Positions 62,981 to 64,000 of a stretch of 64,000 nucleotides of DNA are shown here, piece by piece (position 1 is the first letter of the stretch; every line of letters starts with the position of its first letter). The stretch comes from Mobula hypostoma. Taxonomy: Eukaryota. A model generated the notes under the pieces. That model was not told the DNA's origin, made no database searches, and saw only the letters and a program-made list of their open reading frames with translations. Made by a program: the position numbers and the translations under genes. The stretch lies in contig NC_086128.1 of the NCBI RefSeq assembly GCF_963921235.1, forward strand, positions 70,370,001 to 70,434,000, given 5' to 3'.

Positions 62981-63890
62981 CAGAGAACAGACTGCGAACT
63001 CAGTGGATATGTGTCGGTAGCAAAGTTCTCTTATTCAACCTAATTTACTCATGGACAAAATAAAATTTCTGATGTTTATAGCATGCTTCTGTGGTGAATT
63101 GTACTACTCACACATCTAGTCGTCCTGAGGAAATTAAAATTATTGTGAAAGCTGCAGAAAGGTATCTTGGTATATCTGGTAAATGAAGCTTTAAATGAAA
63201 CTCTGATGGGTGGGGTATCTGTATCCCAGTCTACTTGTGAAGGAACATAGTGGGATTAAAACATTGCAGTGGGATAAGAAAAGCCTGATTTCTAATAGTC
63301 AAAAGTCATGAAAAAGTTTATTTTCTGATTTGTCAAGCCCTCGCGTTTTTATATGTGTTCAGGAAACCTGATTGTTCGCACATTTACATTTTTTTCTGTG
63401 TAGGATTATATTGCCATTAGGCGTGAGAGGCATTTGTAGGATGAATACTTGATTCAACAGATATGGGTATTAGTGGTTAATTTTTACAACCTGTGGAAAA
63501 TGGCTGATCCTAGGCCTATATTGTTAATGTCTCGTTTTCATAAAGCTATGGAACCTGTGGTAATCGAGCACTTGAATTACCTTCTGGAAAAAAAAAGAGT
63601 TGATTTAGCGTTTTACCAGAGTCGATTTTGGAAGGGTAGAATGATAGTGGATTTAGTTTTATGTCAGGAAAGTTAAGTGTCCGTCTCCGAGTGTCCGTAT
63701 TAAGTATAAAACGGGTGCAGGCCGTGGTGAGGAAAGTGGTGAAAGTTGAGAAACCGGTTTCCTGGAGGTCATATTGTAATAATATTGGAAGGGATACTAA
63801 ACTTGAATATGTTTGTGAAATGATTAATGGAATGGGCGATTCGTAGGGGTAATGATATTCCAGCATTAATTCAGGAGGGTAAAATGATTC
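62980..63890 (+). mobile_element. Nimb/I-clade LINE 5' fragment (paralogue of 42480-45530, without the LTR)
   Basis: LQWDKKSLISN, QETW-like segment and YQSRFWKGRM. Confidence 0.7.
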
Positions 63891-63944
63891 ATGCACAACA
63901 CGCTGGAGGAACTCAGCAGGTCGGGCAGCATCTGTGGAAATGAA

Positions 63945-63982
63945 CAGTCAACGTTTCGGGCCGGGACCCTTCGTCAGAACTG
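63945..63982 (-). ncRNA. Variant minimal hammerhead motif in a Penelope end (element 63890 to window end)
   Basis: CAGUU-CUGACGA-A-GGG(UCCCGG)CCC-GAAA-CGUU-GACUG. The core is intact and stem I extends to 5 bp including a G-U pair. Confidence 0.72.
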
Positions 63983-64000
63983 AAGAGGGAGGGGACAGGG

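Larger units (their letters stand above)
52700..63890. other. Segmental duplication unit B
   Basis: For example 52712 gataaagtgtgctgtaagactg versus 29271 gttaaagtgtgctgtaggactg. Collinear with unit A to about 63870 versus 45530. Confidence 0.93.

Overview
Repeat-dense vertebrate genomic DNA. The mix of CR1, Penelope, Nimb/I, Rex1-like and L1 elements plus a tandem GPR139-like receptor family points to a cartilaginous fish, probably a ray or shark (inference). Host genes: (1) a secreted ENDOD1-family non-specific endonuclease on + (exon 1 6439-6747, exon 2 12557-13225, probably a small third exon 14848-14905), with a degraded class I ERV (integrase, env, probable LTR) antisense in intron 1; (2) two intact two-exon GPR139-like class A GPCR genes on - (32975-36234 and 54150-57482), each inside one copy of a tandem segmental duplication, plus two short relics of further paralogues (27445-27517, 51695-51797). 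Other notable structure: four intact minimal hammerhead ribozyme motifs in Penelope termini, one in sense orientation in a receptor intron; about 260-bp inverted repeats bracketing receptor B; a 35-bp minisatellite that arose inside a LINE RT motif; a nested-TIR Tc1-like element; a 5'-inverted L1; two related solo LTRs; and a 4-5 kb two-level degenerate satellite upstream of each receptor. No rRNA, tRNA or CRISPR was seen. TE boundaries are approximate unless a TSD is quoted, and identity figures are manual estimates. I found no clearly new biological system; the best candidate is the dynamic GPR139-like receptor array.
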